From positions 2,170,001 to 2,234,000 of the forward strand of contig JAYWIR010000029.1 of assembly GCA_036172245.1 (NCBI GenBank): DNA of 64,000 nucleotides, in the 5' to 3' direction. This DNA is from Raillietiella orientalis. Its lineage: Eukaryota. Of the stretch, positions 46,601 through 61,199 are shown in pieces; position 1 is the first letter of the stretch; every line of letters begins with the position of its first letter. The notes below the pieces were generated by a model. That model worked only from the letters and a program-made list of their open reading frames with translations. It was not told the origin of the DNA and did no database searches. Made by a program: the position numbers and the translations under genes.

Positions 46601-49600
46601 AGAATAGCTCAAGAGGATGCATTTTCCAAGAGCGAGAGCGGTAGAGCCCGAGAAGAATGCAGAATTCTTTGAATGGGTCGACAAAACTCCACAATCTTCT
46701 TTGACTTCAGCTCAAATAATAAGCAAACAACTTTGCCTTTTTTTTTCTTCTTCTTCGGCCTTAAAATGAGATAATAAAGTCATTAGAGATGCGCTTTGAA
46801 TCCTTTACAAATGCTATGATATCATCCTTGTGCAGCCCTCAGGGCTCGTATAACGCGCATATCCCACGTTATACGGGGTCTGCTGTATATCTGACATAAA
46901 GAAAGCCGGTGGTTGGAAACAGCCGGTTTGATAACCCTGAGATATGCAGAGCACCAGCTGTAAGCAGATGAAAGAGGATGGATATTCTCCTATCAGTTTG
47001 CTTCTTTGAGCATGATAAGTCACATAATGGATAAACACTTTTATTCCTTTTGTTTTTGGTCTGTTTAAAAGTGAAATGATTAGTCTTCTGTCATGGAGTT
47101 CAAGATGCATTTTATATCTTGTATGAATGCTGTCAGATTGTCCGCGTATAACTCCTTGGGCTAAGAGAGACAGCGATAACGTGGAAGCAGCCTCTGCGTT
47201 ACAGGAGATCTGGATGCAGATGGATGCTATTTTCACCCGCTGCATCTTGGCGCCCACCAAGATGGATCGATTGCTCCGTCTAAAGTTGCTAACGAATCCG
47301 CGATGACTCACAGCACGGCACTGTCTTGGAACAAGCACCAAATTTGCGAGTGAGGAGCGCTTAAATTTCCAAAGAGAATCCGGGCTTTCAAACAATCCTG
47401 ATCCTTTCCTGGGTCCCCCTGCGGACCCATATGAGAAGGGGGGCGAGTTGCGTCGCATCCGCAGAAGCTCATCTGTCTTGCAGTTGGTGCACTTGCAAGA
47501 ATAAATCACACTCCGGACGCTGTCTCACGGATGGTACTTTGGAACCAAGAAGGATTAACTAACACTCGTTAGAGGCACAGTGGCAAGTACTGTGGTGGTA
47601 CTCCCTAACATTATCGATCGAACCGCAGGCCATCATTCTTAGGGAAACGTCTTTTCTTTGAAGAGTGCTTGAGCAATCACACCTCTCCCCGGTCGAAGCA
47701 ACGTGCTGAAAAATTTCTGGCGACAGTCGAAATGGTTCGCTTTTTCAGTTGATCCGAACCTCGAAACTGGAAGTCACAGCAAGGGCAGATAGTTAGGGTC
47801 GAAAGCAAAAAGATCCAGAATACACTGGAGCATCCGTCGGTGGTCTCTCAATATCTCAATGCGAACTCGAAGGCAGCATTCTCATCCTCTTGTCTCCAAA
47901 TACAAGAAGCACCCATCCTGCCTCCATCCTACCCCCTGAGGTGCTTCCTTTTTATCCTTCGGCCCTTCAGTGCAACAGCATCATGAGAGACTCTTCCCTT
48001 TTTTTAGCTGCGTCACATCATGGACGAAGCACCTGCGCGTCATCATCATCTGTGATTGAGGATAACCTTTGCCATGGAAATCCTCAGACATGCATTTGGA
48101 GAGGCCCGAAGTGAGGAAGGATTCACCAGGGGTCGCGTGCTCAGGAAGTCGGTGAGCATTCCGGTGAGCAATGGAGTCCTCTCGTTCCCAGGTTCCAGTC
48201 AAAAGTCACACCGCTGCTTGTGTTTTCCTCTGATTGGGAATAAACATGTGATCTCACGAGTGTTCAGCATCAAAGAATTTTCGGCGCCCCTCCTCTCGGA
48301 AGGCTGAGCCGAGCCACCGAATAACCTTTCCTCCACCTCAGCGAGGTCTTCTTTGAACACGGTGCCTTCTAAGCATCAGGGCAGACAAATTCTACTGCCC
48401 CACGCCCCTGAGGCGTTTCACAGAAAGCGGAACGAAACTCGGGTGTGCAGATAAGGTCACTCGATGGAAACGCAGTTTTGCACACAGAGCACTCCCATGC
48501 ACTCAGCTGTGAATGGTCGCTGTCGATGGCCAGTGTAAGATTCGAACACTCTCCCTATCAGTCCGCAGATAAGACTTGAAGTTTAACGAGGCGATCTCCT
48601 TGGCTCCGTGTCGACAACCTACAGAGCAAAAGGAATCCTTCGCCCCTTCCGATTAAAGAGACAAAAAGAACAATGGCGAAGATGGTGATTCACAATTTCG
48701 GTTCTCCAGGAAACTTTCGCTCGCGCGTGTGCACGCGCCTGTGTTTTTTTCGTGTGGTTTCTCTGGAAACACGTGTTCCAGAAAGGGCACGTTGAGTGGA
48801 TGCCCCTTTTCATGTCTGATGACGCCGACAGTTGGTGTTCTAATTCGTTTATACGCAGCCACCCCTTGAACCGAGTTTCTTTATCCATCTGCCATGTGTC
48901 CAAATCAGGACGTTGCTTAGGTGGACGAGTGGGTTTTGAGCGAACCACACGAAGCTCCCAGCACGGTGTGAGTCAGAAAGACTGCTATGCACGTAGATCA
49001 CGTGAAAGAGCGGATGCAGAAAACCAGAATCAAATATGGAGTTAAAAAAATCTGGAGGTGAAAATCCTGACGATTTTCGCATTCAAAAAACAGAGGGCAT
49101 CTTTTTGTTTCGGAAAACTCTCAATGCCAGCAAAGGGAAGGTAGGGGACGTTCTTTCTCTTGTGAAAGGAGGTAGGAAGTATGAGAGTGCCAGCCGCATC
49201 GCTGCCAAGCAGAGAGAATCTTTGTAGGACAAAGGCGATGTGTGTCACTATGGAGCAGAAAGGACCGAGGCACGAGGAATGTTCGGAGAGTGAAAAGATC
49301 TTTTCGCACCAAGCACTGGAGACTCGATTTTTAATAAAAGCATCTGATAATGACCTCTTTCCCCCTTTTGCAGCCTCACCCGAAACAAAAATGCAACAAA
49401 TGCATCTTTGAAACCCATTCAAAGAGAACTCTGTGCTTTTCAAGGACACTGCCAAACCGAAAGTCTCCTCCAGAAGTCATTTTGGCTGATGCTTTCAGCT
49501 TTCGCTTTTGGCTGCTTATTTACGTCCCACCTCCCTCATCCTGACATCAGAATCCTTTTTCAGTGCACGTTCGGTGTAGTTCGGCACATTTAAGAGCACT

Positions 49601-52600
49601 GTGCTCTTTCTCGCGATAAAGCTTTCCATAAGCTTTCGTCCTACGGGACGTACCCGTAGCTGGCGTTAAATTTCTGAAGATGTCATACTACTGACCTCGC
49701 TCATTTCCTGGATGCAACTAAGCCTTTCCTCCGAATCTGACCTCGTGTGCATCTCGTTGGATTCGTAATAGTTCCAAGAGCTCAAAGTTAATGAAATTAA
49801 ATTCGTGATAACCGTAAGCGATTCCCAGCATCTCTCTCGAATACATCATGCCCAATTTGAGGCCGTGGTGTACATCGTGGCTCTACGCCAAGCCTCCGGG
49901 AATAATCTGGCAAACGAGAAGCCACTCGTAATTGCGTAGCTTCACCATGACAACCGCATTCCATGTTTTAAAGATTGAAAATCATTGAATGAAATTTCCT
50001 TGCTATTTTTTCCTCCCTGAGACACGTTTTTGTTGGATTTCGAGAAGATTACATTTCTTCTACCTTATGCAATCTTCATCCTGTCGGCACATCTTTAGGA
50101 AATCTCAAATGATTTTGCTGGAGTGAGCACTTTACATTTATGCAATTAAAATTCATCTTGTGAGTTCTAAGAATACATTCTGTGACATCTGTGACTAGTC
50201 TTCAGTTTGCTGTTTTCTTTACATTCCATTTGTTAGTTTGTTTTCTGGTTTTCCTCTTCGGCATAATTATGGGTGCCTTTCAGATCTCGATGCTCGTGTA
50301 CGGAACATCACGTACTCGGTAACAGCCAAACAAACTTACCGTTACGGTATACTAATTCCTTTCTTCATACCTCTGATGCAAAGGTTGCTTGATGGTAGCA
50401 AGATTCCATCTGATTGCTAATCAAGAAATCAAGACCAACTTTCCTTGAAGGATGGTATCTTCTTTCTATGAAAGAGAACGAACACGTTCCACTGAAGTGT
50501 TCCACCAATAAAAGCTGTGTTTCTAAGAAGGAAATCCCAAACTGGAAGCTGCTGTTCTGAAATTGCTTCTGAGGTCTCCACTCAAGAATCACCAAGCTTG
50601 AATCAGCGGCCCCTTTGGTGGCCAATCGATTTGTGAAATAAAAATCATCTTAGTTTTACTATCTCCACTGTTTGAATATCGAATGTATCTCTTAGCAATC
50701 GTGTCATCGGTCTCTTTCTATCCCTTATCCACACAGCAGATATGAAGCCTTTTAATGTGAAGAATTTCAGTCTCTTCCAAGTTACCTCGCTCTAGTGACC
50801 CTACTTCCCGAAACCCTATTTTTGCTCCAATTTTTCGAAATGAGCTTATTTTTCCTTCATAAACTGAGCACCAATGTAAGACCTTTGAGGAATCAAATGT
50901 TGGAGGTAGGATGAAAGTGAGCTTTCTGATCTTATGGAAGATTGCAAGGGGTGAAAGATTGTCGCACCTCGGATCCGTGCACAAGGTACTGTGAATGAAG
51001 TAAGGAAGTCATTTTACATTCCGTTATGTCCTTGAGTTGAATCTTCATAAGGGATTGAGTGATTTTCAGTTGCCTCTCTTTCTAGCAAAGTTGAGTACCT
51101 CAACATGTGGAAAAGAGCACAGCCCAGAAGCCAAGGGCAGCAACAGAAGAAGGATTTTCCGCACACTTCAAATTTCAAGATTGACAACGGATTGCTTGGG
51201 TTCCTGGTCCAAGTTTAAGAAAAAAAAAAAGGCTTCTTCTTCTGATTCTCCTAAAACATTTCTTTTCTTTACTGTCTGTTTCAAAGGATTTGAAATATCC
51301 ATGTTTGTGCTTTTGGCTTTGAATCTTCCATGTTTGGTGCAGCCACAATGATTTGAAATAAACAGCAGGGAATTGCATATAAGCCCATCGCAGAGAACAC
51401 ATGAAGTGACAAAATTTATTTGGGATCTGTTTAAACTTTTCATGCAGCTCCTGCTTCCATAGCAAGCGTTGCAATCATCTCAGGAATATTCTATAGAGAC
51501 TTCTCATAATTCACACCCCACAAATCGGGTACCATTGGAAACCTTCTACAGCACATGTTGATAAACTGTGCCAAACTGAAGATCCAGGGTAATCCAGCAG
51601 ACTTTGTACAGCTGACATTTAAGAAAGTCAATATTTATCCAGTGTTTGAAGCAAGATTTTGTCTTTACAATCGTATGAATCCACCTATTGCCGTCTTGCA
51701 GCCTGCATATTGAGGCAGTAGGACTGAAAGAAAGGAAAGAGGCAACTCCAGCATTCTGGTTTTGTGCACTCCACAGAATCTACTGCTGCGGATCTCAGGA
51801 AGGGGCACAGAATCCATGAATCACTCAGCTGGAGCAGAAGTTGTCAGTCCTATTTAGAACAGCTTTTTTGCCCGCGTTTAGAGATCAGGCTGCTGGTTTC
51901 AATATGACCGCAGAGGCGTTGTCGACTTTTCTTTTCCGCCTGGAGAGCCAGCTTTTCCATCCAGGATGAAATTTTCTTTACAAAAACTGATTTCCATATA
52001 GCTGCATCGCTTCGGCAGCCGCAACCCAGCAGAGAGAACAAGGTTGAGATGAGATTAAGACTTTCATGTGGTCAGGATGAAAAACTTTGGTTCCAGTTTC
52101 CAGTCAATCTCAAGAAAAACCGGAGCTTTGGCATGGATTCGGACTGTTGCTGATTTTCCACATGCAACTGCCAGTGCTGTTTCGGATTGATTCAGGACTC
52201 TTTTACGCGTCCCGCCTTTCTCCGAAATTGTTTGTCGCGTCCCATGCAAAGACCACTTTGTCTTACCTTTGGATTCCCGGTGTTAACGAGAGGCATCTCG
52301 CGCCGTTTGTTCCTTCAGCATTAGGGAAACGCTTCTTTGGAGCTTTTCTACTCTTCCTTTCCCTGAAAGGAAAACTAGAACGACTGGTGTGGTGTTTAGG
52401 AGCATCGTTTCCGGCGTTTATTTTTATGGGCTATTTTCCCCTCTTCCGAATCTGAATTTCCTTTCCCCCATTCCGTCCGTCACCCTCCCTTTCTAACCTT
52501 GAAAATAAAGCTGCTCTTTGTGACAAATGTGGAAAGCACAGTTGTGAAAACCAGGAGCAAGAAAACTAGCAGAAAACTAGTCTTCGTTCTCCGTCTGCTG

Positions 52601-53989
52601 CCATCGGAATGATCCTTGATCATCACGCGACATGCTTTATCTGCATCTTATCGACCCGAAGAAGCGATATCTCACTGAGAACGGGGAACATTCGGGTTGT
52701 TTGTAGGCTCGCTTATCTGGACGAATGTCTGACACGAGGAAATGATAAACAAAAGGAAAGAAAGCAGCAGCAACAAAAGGGATAAAAAGCTTGCGTTTCA
52801 CTCCGATGGTTTCCTTGGCGATGATCAATCCGATCCGCCGGAGAGCCTCTTTCTGTACGTCTTCCACATGCAAGATTCCTGATGCCCGGAGATCTCGGAA
52901 GATCAGCGTTCTCTGGGGAAAAGCCCGCTCCTCCAAAGAAGCCCACGGAGGCGTTCCCAAAGAAGGCCGGGTACCCACTGCCATCCCCTGGGTGAGGCAC
53001 AGGCCAAGGCGTTTGGAGAACGCGATCTCAACTTCTTTTGACCCAGGTTTTCCATCCTGAGAGATGGTCAACTCAGATCAATCCACTCACAGATAGGTCC
53101 ACCTGTTTCTTCCTTCCTTCTCTAGTTTTCCACATTCCTTGAGTGTTGGAGATGCCTCCTTGCCTCCTCCGCCAAAGAACAAAACCGGTTCCCAAATCTA
53201 ATCGGAGCCTCTTCCATGGGTAGCAGCTTCAGTAGCAGGGACAGGGGCCGCAGGAAATCGGATGATGCAAGGCTTCCCTCGCCGTCGCAGGCAACCAACA
53301 GTTACTGAGCTGAGGAGGTACGAACGTACTCGTCATCCAAGTGGTCCATACGGGGTCCTGCGCGTCTTCACTGCTTGCTGCATGCGACGAGTGATGTATA
53401 CTGAGTTCATCAACGTGGATCAGGAAGACTGGGCGAGGACGTCGTCATCTTTCTACAGGAAGCTCCTTTCTGCCATCATCAGCGTATTTCTTCTTATACC
53501 TGACCCCTGCACACGCGACTGCACAGTTCCAGTTCAGGTTACTCCCTCCAGAGGATCCTTGTCAGAGATGTGGACGCATCCTCCCAGTTCCCGAATTCGT
53601 CCCGAAACTCATCTCGTCTGGCATTCTTCCTGACTCCCTCAACGGGTCCGACCTAAAGAAGAAGTGTTAGGAGGGGAAGTGCGAGCTCTGGATGGACAGA
53701 AGGAGCGGTGGGTTTTCCCTGAATTGAAGCGAGCTGAAGGAACCTGGTGACTGGGTCACCTCTGGCTTGATCCGAGCCTCCGTTCGGGATTTCACGTAAG
53801 TTACCTATGATGTTGGAAGGTCACCGGAAATTGCTCTGTAGGATGCAGGGAAAATCTGGTGCTGCTTTGAAGAGATCCAGGGAACGGCATGCCGGGAAGC
53901 TCACCTTGCCGAAGCTGGAAGCGGGAAGGAAAGGAGAAGATCCGGGAGGCTGCAGCCATCTAAAGTTAGACCTCCGCTACACAAGTAAC

Positions 53990-54830
53990 TCAAAGGGAAA
54001 CGGACGCTGCACCGAAAGGTGCGGCGCCAGTTGCGTTTCAAACCGGATGCCCCCGATGAGTGGCAGGTACGATGGGAGTCGACCTCCTGATCCTTCCAGG
54101 ATCAAGGAGCGGGATTTACCCTTCGATTGTGCAAAGGAGAGCGGATCCCCATTCCGGGGGGCTCCTCCGTGGAGTAGCTGTGTCGCTATCTCTCCAGAGT
54201 GAAGAGAAGCGAGCCGATCCCTTCGGGGAGGCAGCGCCCTTCTAGGAAATTTCGGAAGCATCCCTTCGGGTTCTCTTCAGAGGAGCAAACAGGAGCAGTT
54301 CCCTTGCGGGTTCCCACCGAAGAAGAAATTTCAAAAATGGAGGATCCTTTCTGTGTTCCCTTCGGAAAAGAAAACATAGAGTGAAGTCATCCGGGAGTCC
54401 CTCCGGAGAGAATAAGGAAGGAAATTCCTTCCGAGGTTCCCTTCGGAGACAACCAGGGATTCCTCCCCAGGAGTGAAAGGAACGGACTCCGAGTCCTTCC
54501 TGGACTCATAGTGAGGTCCCTCTCCACTATTACCCCTTATGTTGAAGAATTACACGCATCCTCGGGTGGCGTGGAACAGCGTCAAAGAGCTGCGTATGCT
54601 GGCAGGCTCGCGACGGTTCTTGAGGTACTTGGCGAATCCCCCCAAAAAGCTGAAAGGAATAACAGCGAAGGACAGAAAAGAACCCAAAAGGATTTTCATC
54701 GTTCCAAAAGGATTTCCATCTACAATTTCTGTTTGCACGTGATGCAAGCAGAAATGGAAAATGACCTCATCGTTTCCATTGACGAAGGTTGGGACAAGGC
54801 GTCTCCTGCGGCTCTGCAACTCAGCCTGGA
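53990..54830 (+). repeat. Copy of the same dispersed repeat family
   Basis: CCCTTCGGGTTCTCTTCAGAGGAG, TTCCCTTCGGAGACAACCAGG and a translated ..KDFH motif are shared with other copies. Confidence 0.7.
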
Positions 54831-57800
54831 GGAACGGATGCCATCCAACTCTCCAGTATAAGAAAGAGCATGCAAACTCGTGTCCCTACCCTTCCTTGAG
54901 GTCATCTTTCATCACTGAGACAAAGATCTACGACCACGCTCTGCACTCTGTACCACTCCTCAGCACGCCGGAGCAGATTCCTAGAGACCAAGTGAGTGCG
55001 AGGTAAATTCCAGGCTCATCAACACCTAATAAGCCTAATCTCTGCTTATTGACTGAAAGATGTTCTTTAATGGCCTCTCAAAAATGACGTTTTAGATGAG
55101 TCTGATAAAGGATCTTGAAGTACGGAAGGCTGATAAGCAAAGCAGGTGAAGACATCAATTATAAATAACTGAAAAGATGATCAAAGAACACGAAAAAATC
55201 ACCATAAGAATATCAGGGAAGCAATGACAACTTCAGCGGCCCTGCACACCCAAAGGAAGGGGAAAGAGGAAAGGGGTACTGAAAAGATGCGAACTCATCC
55301 AGCCAAACGTGTTGGGCTTCTGAGAAGCGAATTTCCCTTTGGCAGCAGAGGAAAGGAACCACAGACACTGGGTTATGTAAGTTTGTGAGTTTCTTAAGCA
55401 CTTGAATATTCATAAGCGGGAGGGAAAGAAGCTTTCCTTCCCCCACTGCCGCTGTTAATGGCAACACCAATGGTGTTTCTTTTCACTAAGAAACGCCCTA
55501 GTAGTGTAAGCACTGAACAGGCACAAGTGGCCTTGTGACCTTCATTCAATGGAAAATCTTCGAAGGTCTCTTGTGTTTCCGAGGGCGCTAACAGTGACTG
55601 AGAAAAACAGCAGCAGACTGAGGGAGATGAGAACCATCGGCAGCGGCGACCACTGAAGAGTGAACAGGAGGATCTCCAAAAAGGATAGAGATTTCAAGTC
55701 AATTTCCACAAAAGTACCGGAAAGCAGGCGTCTTGCAAGAGATTTTGTCTTTCGGGGTTCGCGTTTCCACCCTGCTCAAACTGCATGTGGTTGCAGAACG
55801 TTGATTGGGCAACTGCCTGTAAAGAATGCTTTCCCATAGACAGAGAAGCACAAGACAAGCAGAGTCTCTTTCCAGTCTTGAAGCAGAGAAGAGTAAGGCG
55901 CCAAAAAAGAATGAGTGAGCAGCAAGTAATTTGAAAGATGCTTGCACAGAGGGAGGCTGCGTCAGTCGGAAAGCTTTGCATCGCAGGCGAGATTTGTGCT
56001 GAGCTATGGCAACATCTTTTGAGCCGTTCGGATTCCATTAGTAGATCCAAACAACAAGCACGTAGACTTCCTGCTGGGTTCCATCATATTCCATTGACTA
56101 GTACCGGGCACGCTCGTTCCAGCTGCCACCTTCGCGAAACAGCCCTCGTGTTCGCTTCGGCTTCGCTTCCCTTTCCAGTGCTCTGCGCTTCCCTCTGCCT
56201 TGAATGATTTCTGTTCATTCCCTTCTTGTTTCCATCCCTTCTGTTAAAAAGAGGACCCTTAGACTATGTGAGCTTGGAAGGCCATCAGCTCAGACTCCTC
56301 CTTCACCCTCAGTCACGCCGGAGCGTTTCCTTCCTCTTTTTTTTTTCTTTAAATAAACATGCAAATTACTTGGGAGACGAGTTGTCAAGGGAAACGAACG
56401 GACGTCCACTAAGAGGGATCTATGAGGGAGGAAACGCTCAGACAAGCAGAGAGGCCGGAACGAAAGGGAGAGGATGTTTTTGGCAGAGACCGTTCCTTAT
56501 TCTCAACAACCTCCGCAAGACGTGAGTTAGTTCCTGTTGATGGGTGGTGCAAGTGGGTCCCCTCGCTGCCGTCCTCACGAAGGCGGTTGCTAGGCAGGTG
56601 ACTTCCGTTAGCTGCGAGTGAGGCTGCAGCCCCAGGATGAGAAGTTGATGCAGGATGCAGTTTTGTCCCCAGAAATACTAAATGCAGGTGCTGGCTGCAC
56701 AGGGAAACCCCAGCAAGGAAGAGCACCACTTCGTGCTTCCGCTTCAAAGGGAAATCATTGTCTTTGTTCTTTGGCATGGAACACTGACACATCCTTGCAT
56801 AGGGAAGTAGAACCAGTTCTGAGCAGGGCTTACTGAAAAGATTTCTTCTCACAGGTTCTTCCCTTGCCTCGACAGCGGCACCGACCAGCTCGTGCGTCCT
56901 CCTGCGGTCTTGGAGTTCGTGATTCCCGTAGTGGTGCAAGAGAAATCCCACGCTGCCGGTTGGCGACTGTCATCGCTTGCCCTGAGGCGAGTCAGCATTG
57001 CAGCATAAGATCTGACGGTGATCCGGACTAATTCTCGAGGTCCTGTAGCGGTATATTCAAAAGGAGGCTCGCAGATTCTTCAGAAAACGAATTTCTTCCG
57101 AGGTCTCTTGGAAGGTGAAAACCCAGCTATCTATGGTCTCCTGCCACCAAGCATTGAAGCTCCTGGGACAGCAGGAGATCCAGCGATGTAGCTGCAACAT
57201 TGAGGCAATTCGTCTCCGGGGATATCCGTGACCTTCCGTTTTGGGGGATTCCGCGGCTGCAGCATGGAAGCCAGTTTTCTACGACCGAAGCAAAGCTGCA
57301 GGATGAGACGTGCGCCCGCATATTACGGGGTACCCCACAACCTGGAACAAAGCCCTAAAATGCACTTGGAGTCCCACCTTGTCGAGCGTCAGGATGCCTA
57401 GTCCAGAATCCTGACGCTGTACCATGAGGGCTTTAAGGCATATCTCGAACCTCGCAAGGTTTTGCGCAACAGGCTTTTTTCCCGGAGCTTCATCTGATCC
57501 AGAAAAACAAAGGGGATGCGATTCTCCTTCCTTTCGGATTCTGGGATGCTCCGAAAATCTTCACCCAAAGAAGGGCACTCGCAACTGACTCTGTCCCGAT
57601 TCTGCCTGTGGGCTTTCCGATGCCAGTCTGGATCACAGAAGGATTACAGATTTGAGGACCACGGGTTTGACCCTCGCGTCGTAGAAAGATCTTCACTGAG
57701 ATCTCACTAAATTCTTTTGCAGATTGCATCGACTTAAGAAGGATGCCATTTTAAAGAAAAAATAAAAATTCTTCTTCACTATGTAAACAAAGCTGAAAAA

Positions 57801-57869
57801 CGAGTGCTCTTTCCTGGTGAGAGGGTCACCCATTTCATGATGGACTCCAAAGATAAAAGAAGAGTTGAT

Positions 57870-58300
57870 CGTTGGCTATCTTCCTGAGGTGATTATTCCT
57901 GGGACAGTTCTTGTCCTCTTCTGGTTCCAAAAAGGCTGCGAATGGCCAATCAGAAACTGCTCGGCGGCGATGGATGACTTTGAGAAATTCGCTCAACACC
58001 ATCCTCTTCCATCTTCGCAGATCTTCCAGGTAGTCTCTGGTTCTCTTCCAGGTATCCCCTTGGCACTGATCGGTCGCGAGAGTTGTGAGAGTTTTGTAGT
58101 TCATAATGGAAATCCTTTCGGGTTCTTCTGTTTTCTCTTCTTTGCTTCCAGTTGTCTTTTCTTTTCCTTTTTTTTTCTCCGAGCTTTCTTTTTTTTTCTT
58201 GGTTTGCAAAGTACTGAAGAACCATTTGCCTATCTAGGGCCCTATGAAGTTCTTTGACGCCGCCCACGCCAGCTTCCAATCCCAGACAGCCAACGGGAGC
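57870..58300 (-). repeat. Partial copy of the same dispersed repeat family
   Basis: GGVKELHRA..VLQYFAN..RRTRKDFH parallels 54570-54700 and 39580-39720. Confidence 0.6.
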
Positions 58301-58339
58301 ATCTGGGCTTTTTTTCGGTTTCCAATATCACCGAACCTC

Positions 58340-58889
58340 CTGGACTGTGTTGCTCTTTGACCCCTTTGGGGACGCTTGGTCACGACCCTTGGAACCCCCG
58401 GCAGCAACGCCAGAGTTGTAAAGCACCTTTTCCTGCGCGATGCCTTCTCGCCGGTTGCATCCCTAACACCACTGTTCTGCCTACAAGGGATCGTGGCTGC
58501 ATGGAACAACTCCAGAGGAGGCCAGAACGACAGGGACGCCATCTATTTTGCTGTCCTCTTCACAGCGTCAAGATGGCCCCATCTGGGAGCCATAAAACCG
58601 GAACTTGCCGGCATCCTTACAAGGATACAGGGGACGCCCTCCAGCACACAGTGATCCCTTGCCGAACCCTCCCCCCTACCTTGATCTTTCTTGACTGCAG
58701 TTTTTTGTTCCTCTCTTTTCTTTTTGTCTGTCTCCCCTTCCCCTGTGCTGCCGAGGCTCACCCTGCTGGCCTGCGTGCCAGATCCCGGCAGGTTCATTCT
58801 CGTAGTTATAAGCAACGAGGCAGGATCAAACGTCTTGCCATAGACATGTAGGTTTGTTTTATAAATAAAAGCCCCGGCGTGACCGGGTG
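58340..58889 (+). mobile_element. LINE 3' end fragment
   Basis: LQGIVAAW..DRDAIYFAVLFTASRWPHLGAIKPELAGIL, AATAAA at 58864 and terminal hairpin. Confidence 0.85.
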
Positions 58890-59999
58890 TCAACCATCAC
58901 CGCACCTGAAGCCTGCAGGCCAGCCAGCGCCATCCTGCGGGAGAAACTCGAAACCCACGGTGCATCCATTTCTCGGCGTCCATCCTTTCTGAGGGCAGAA
59001 TGCGAGTGGCGTTTGCTGAGATGTGCCTTCGCTTTCTAGAGGAGCTGGTACGGAATAAAGTTCTCCTCCTACCTTCTACCTCCTAACAGGGGATAAGAGA
59101 ACTTATTGGAAAAAAGGCATTTTCCCACCTCGTTTCGAGCACGGTCACCTGGGATCCAGCACTTCAGGCATCCACCACGCAGAAGAGATTCTTCTCTATC
59201 TCCAAATGCTGGGAATGCATCCGGGAAACAGGAAAAGAAAGAAGGAAACTGTGAGGAACACGGAGAGATGAGGCTGAAAGGGGAATCACTCTGGAGGATT
59301 GAAACTTAGGAGTCTTTCCTGTTGGAAGAGGACAACGCAGGACCATGACCAGAAACAAGAAGCAGACTTGCGCCTGCATCAAAGGTCTGAATATTGCAAA
59401 GCAAATGGAATCAGTCTAGGGATGTTTTCAGAGAGAGAGGGCATTTCTGGAACTTGGTTCCAGTGTGAACTTTGCAAGGGTCTCCCCGGAAGTTCCCCTG
59501 CTCTTCTTGCGAGAAGAACGAGACCACCACGGAAAGCGAGAGAGAGGAGCATTAGGAGGGAGCATTCAGCCAAAAAGCTGCACTGAGGTACCTGGTGGCG
59601 GCAAGCAGTGCAACTCCCTTCCAGCTCTTGATCGACGCCAGCTCGCAACTGGCAGCAGCATGGTTCCTGGATCTACGTTTCGGTTAGCTCCACAGCTCAA
59701 AACCCCACTCACCGTGTAAGTCTGCTTTCGGTATCGCTTCGAAGAGGTCCTGGACGCGCTGGCTGCTGTGCGACACCATCATTCTGCTGAACTAGTCCTC
59801 GCGCGGCTCTAGGGTTCTCCAGGACAGCCTTGGTTTCCGATACTCTTCCGGTAGCTTTCTTTCTTTCTATTCTTTTCAGTAAACAGCTTCTGTTGCTTCT
59901 CTGTGTGATGCAAAGTCTTCCTTGCCTTCTGCCACCCAATGGGCTACAAGGCTTGGCGGCAGGAGGCTGAGTCCTTTGTCCTGTGTGCAGCATTCCAGG

Positions 60000-61108
60000 G
60001 AATATGTCCGGAGGATCTCTGCCCCCTGCACTGACACTTCCTACCTCGACCTTTGGAAATGTTGATGCAGGGCATAGCAAAGTGGTCGACCCTGGCCGCC
60101 ACACCCCTTGCCGCAGCGCTGTCTGCCTTCAGGGAAAATGACGACAGCTGCCATCCGGGCGAGTTGAGAGTTTTCCTTCACGATTACAGGAAAAACAAAA
60201 AATCTTCTTGGCAGCTGGAAGACGCGCGAGCTGGTTGGCGGATGCTGCCACTCCACGTACCATGGCGACGGGACTCCTTCAGTGGAGCGAACTTTTGAGT
60301 GCTGTTGCCCCGAGGAGCTTCTGGCTCTTCCCCATTGCTTGGACACTTCTGTATTTTCCCTATATTGGAAACAGGCTGCGCCGCTCTTCCTCCACTGAGG
60401 GCTCCAGTGCAGCGAGCGCCTGTACTCTCGTTTCCGCAGGGATTGCATCCCCGAACTGCGCCAAGTGCGAGTCGGTGCGGAGTCGATCCTTCTGCGCCTG
60501 CCTCTGGGACTGCGAGTGCCCTCCGGGAACCGTCGCGGAGGCTGGTGTCAGCGCTCCTGCACCGGGAGGACACCGCCCGAGATGTGCTGCGACGGTTCTT
60601 CGCTCCGGGAGGACTCTCTCGACGAACGCGATGGTCGCAAGCATGGATCGTATCTCCACGCCATCGCCACGGCCCACCATGTGCTCGAGACAACGGCGCA
60701 GAGAATGATGGCAGCTGTCCACATGAGGACGGCTGCAAGGTGGCCTCATCTGCAAGAGGAAGACGAGGAGGAGATCGCCGGCATCTAGCGCCGGTTTTGG
60801 CACCAAGGAACTGCGGACATCGGTGACCCTTGATTTTAGCATACTTTGATTATTATTTTTTCCCCATATCCCCCTCCCTTTCGCTCCGTAGCTTTCCCGT
60901 AGGATCTCTTCCTAACCCATCCCCCCGTATTTTGTCTTTTTTTTATTGTCCCCTCACCCGTTTCGGACTTTTCGATATCCCGACCCGCGTGTCGGCGGAT
61001 TTCCCTTCCTTGAGCTCCTTTTGTCTTCGGCTGGGGAGCACTCTGGTCCCCAGCCGAAGACTTTTTTTCTTCTATAAAATAGATGCCCCGGAGTGACCGG
61101 GTGAAAAA
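60000..61108 (+). mobile_element. Diverged LINE 3' fragment
   Basis: PNCAKC zinc-finger remnant, RTAARWPHL..EEIAGI, and CCCGG-AGTGA-CCGGG-TG-AAAAA terminus. The 5' limit is approximate. Confidence 0.75.
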
Positions 61109-61199
61109 CTCCCTGATGTTTTCTCGTGGAAGAATACTGCGTGGCGCACGGCTTCAATCTCGGGTGTTAGGCAGCGCTGTAATCCCATTGCTGGTACCG

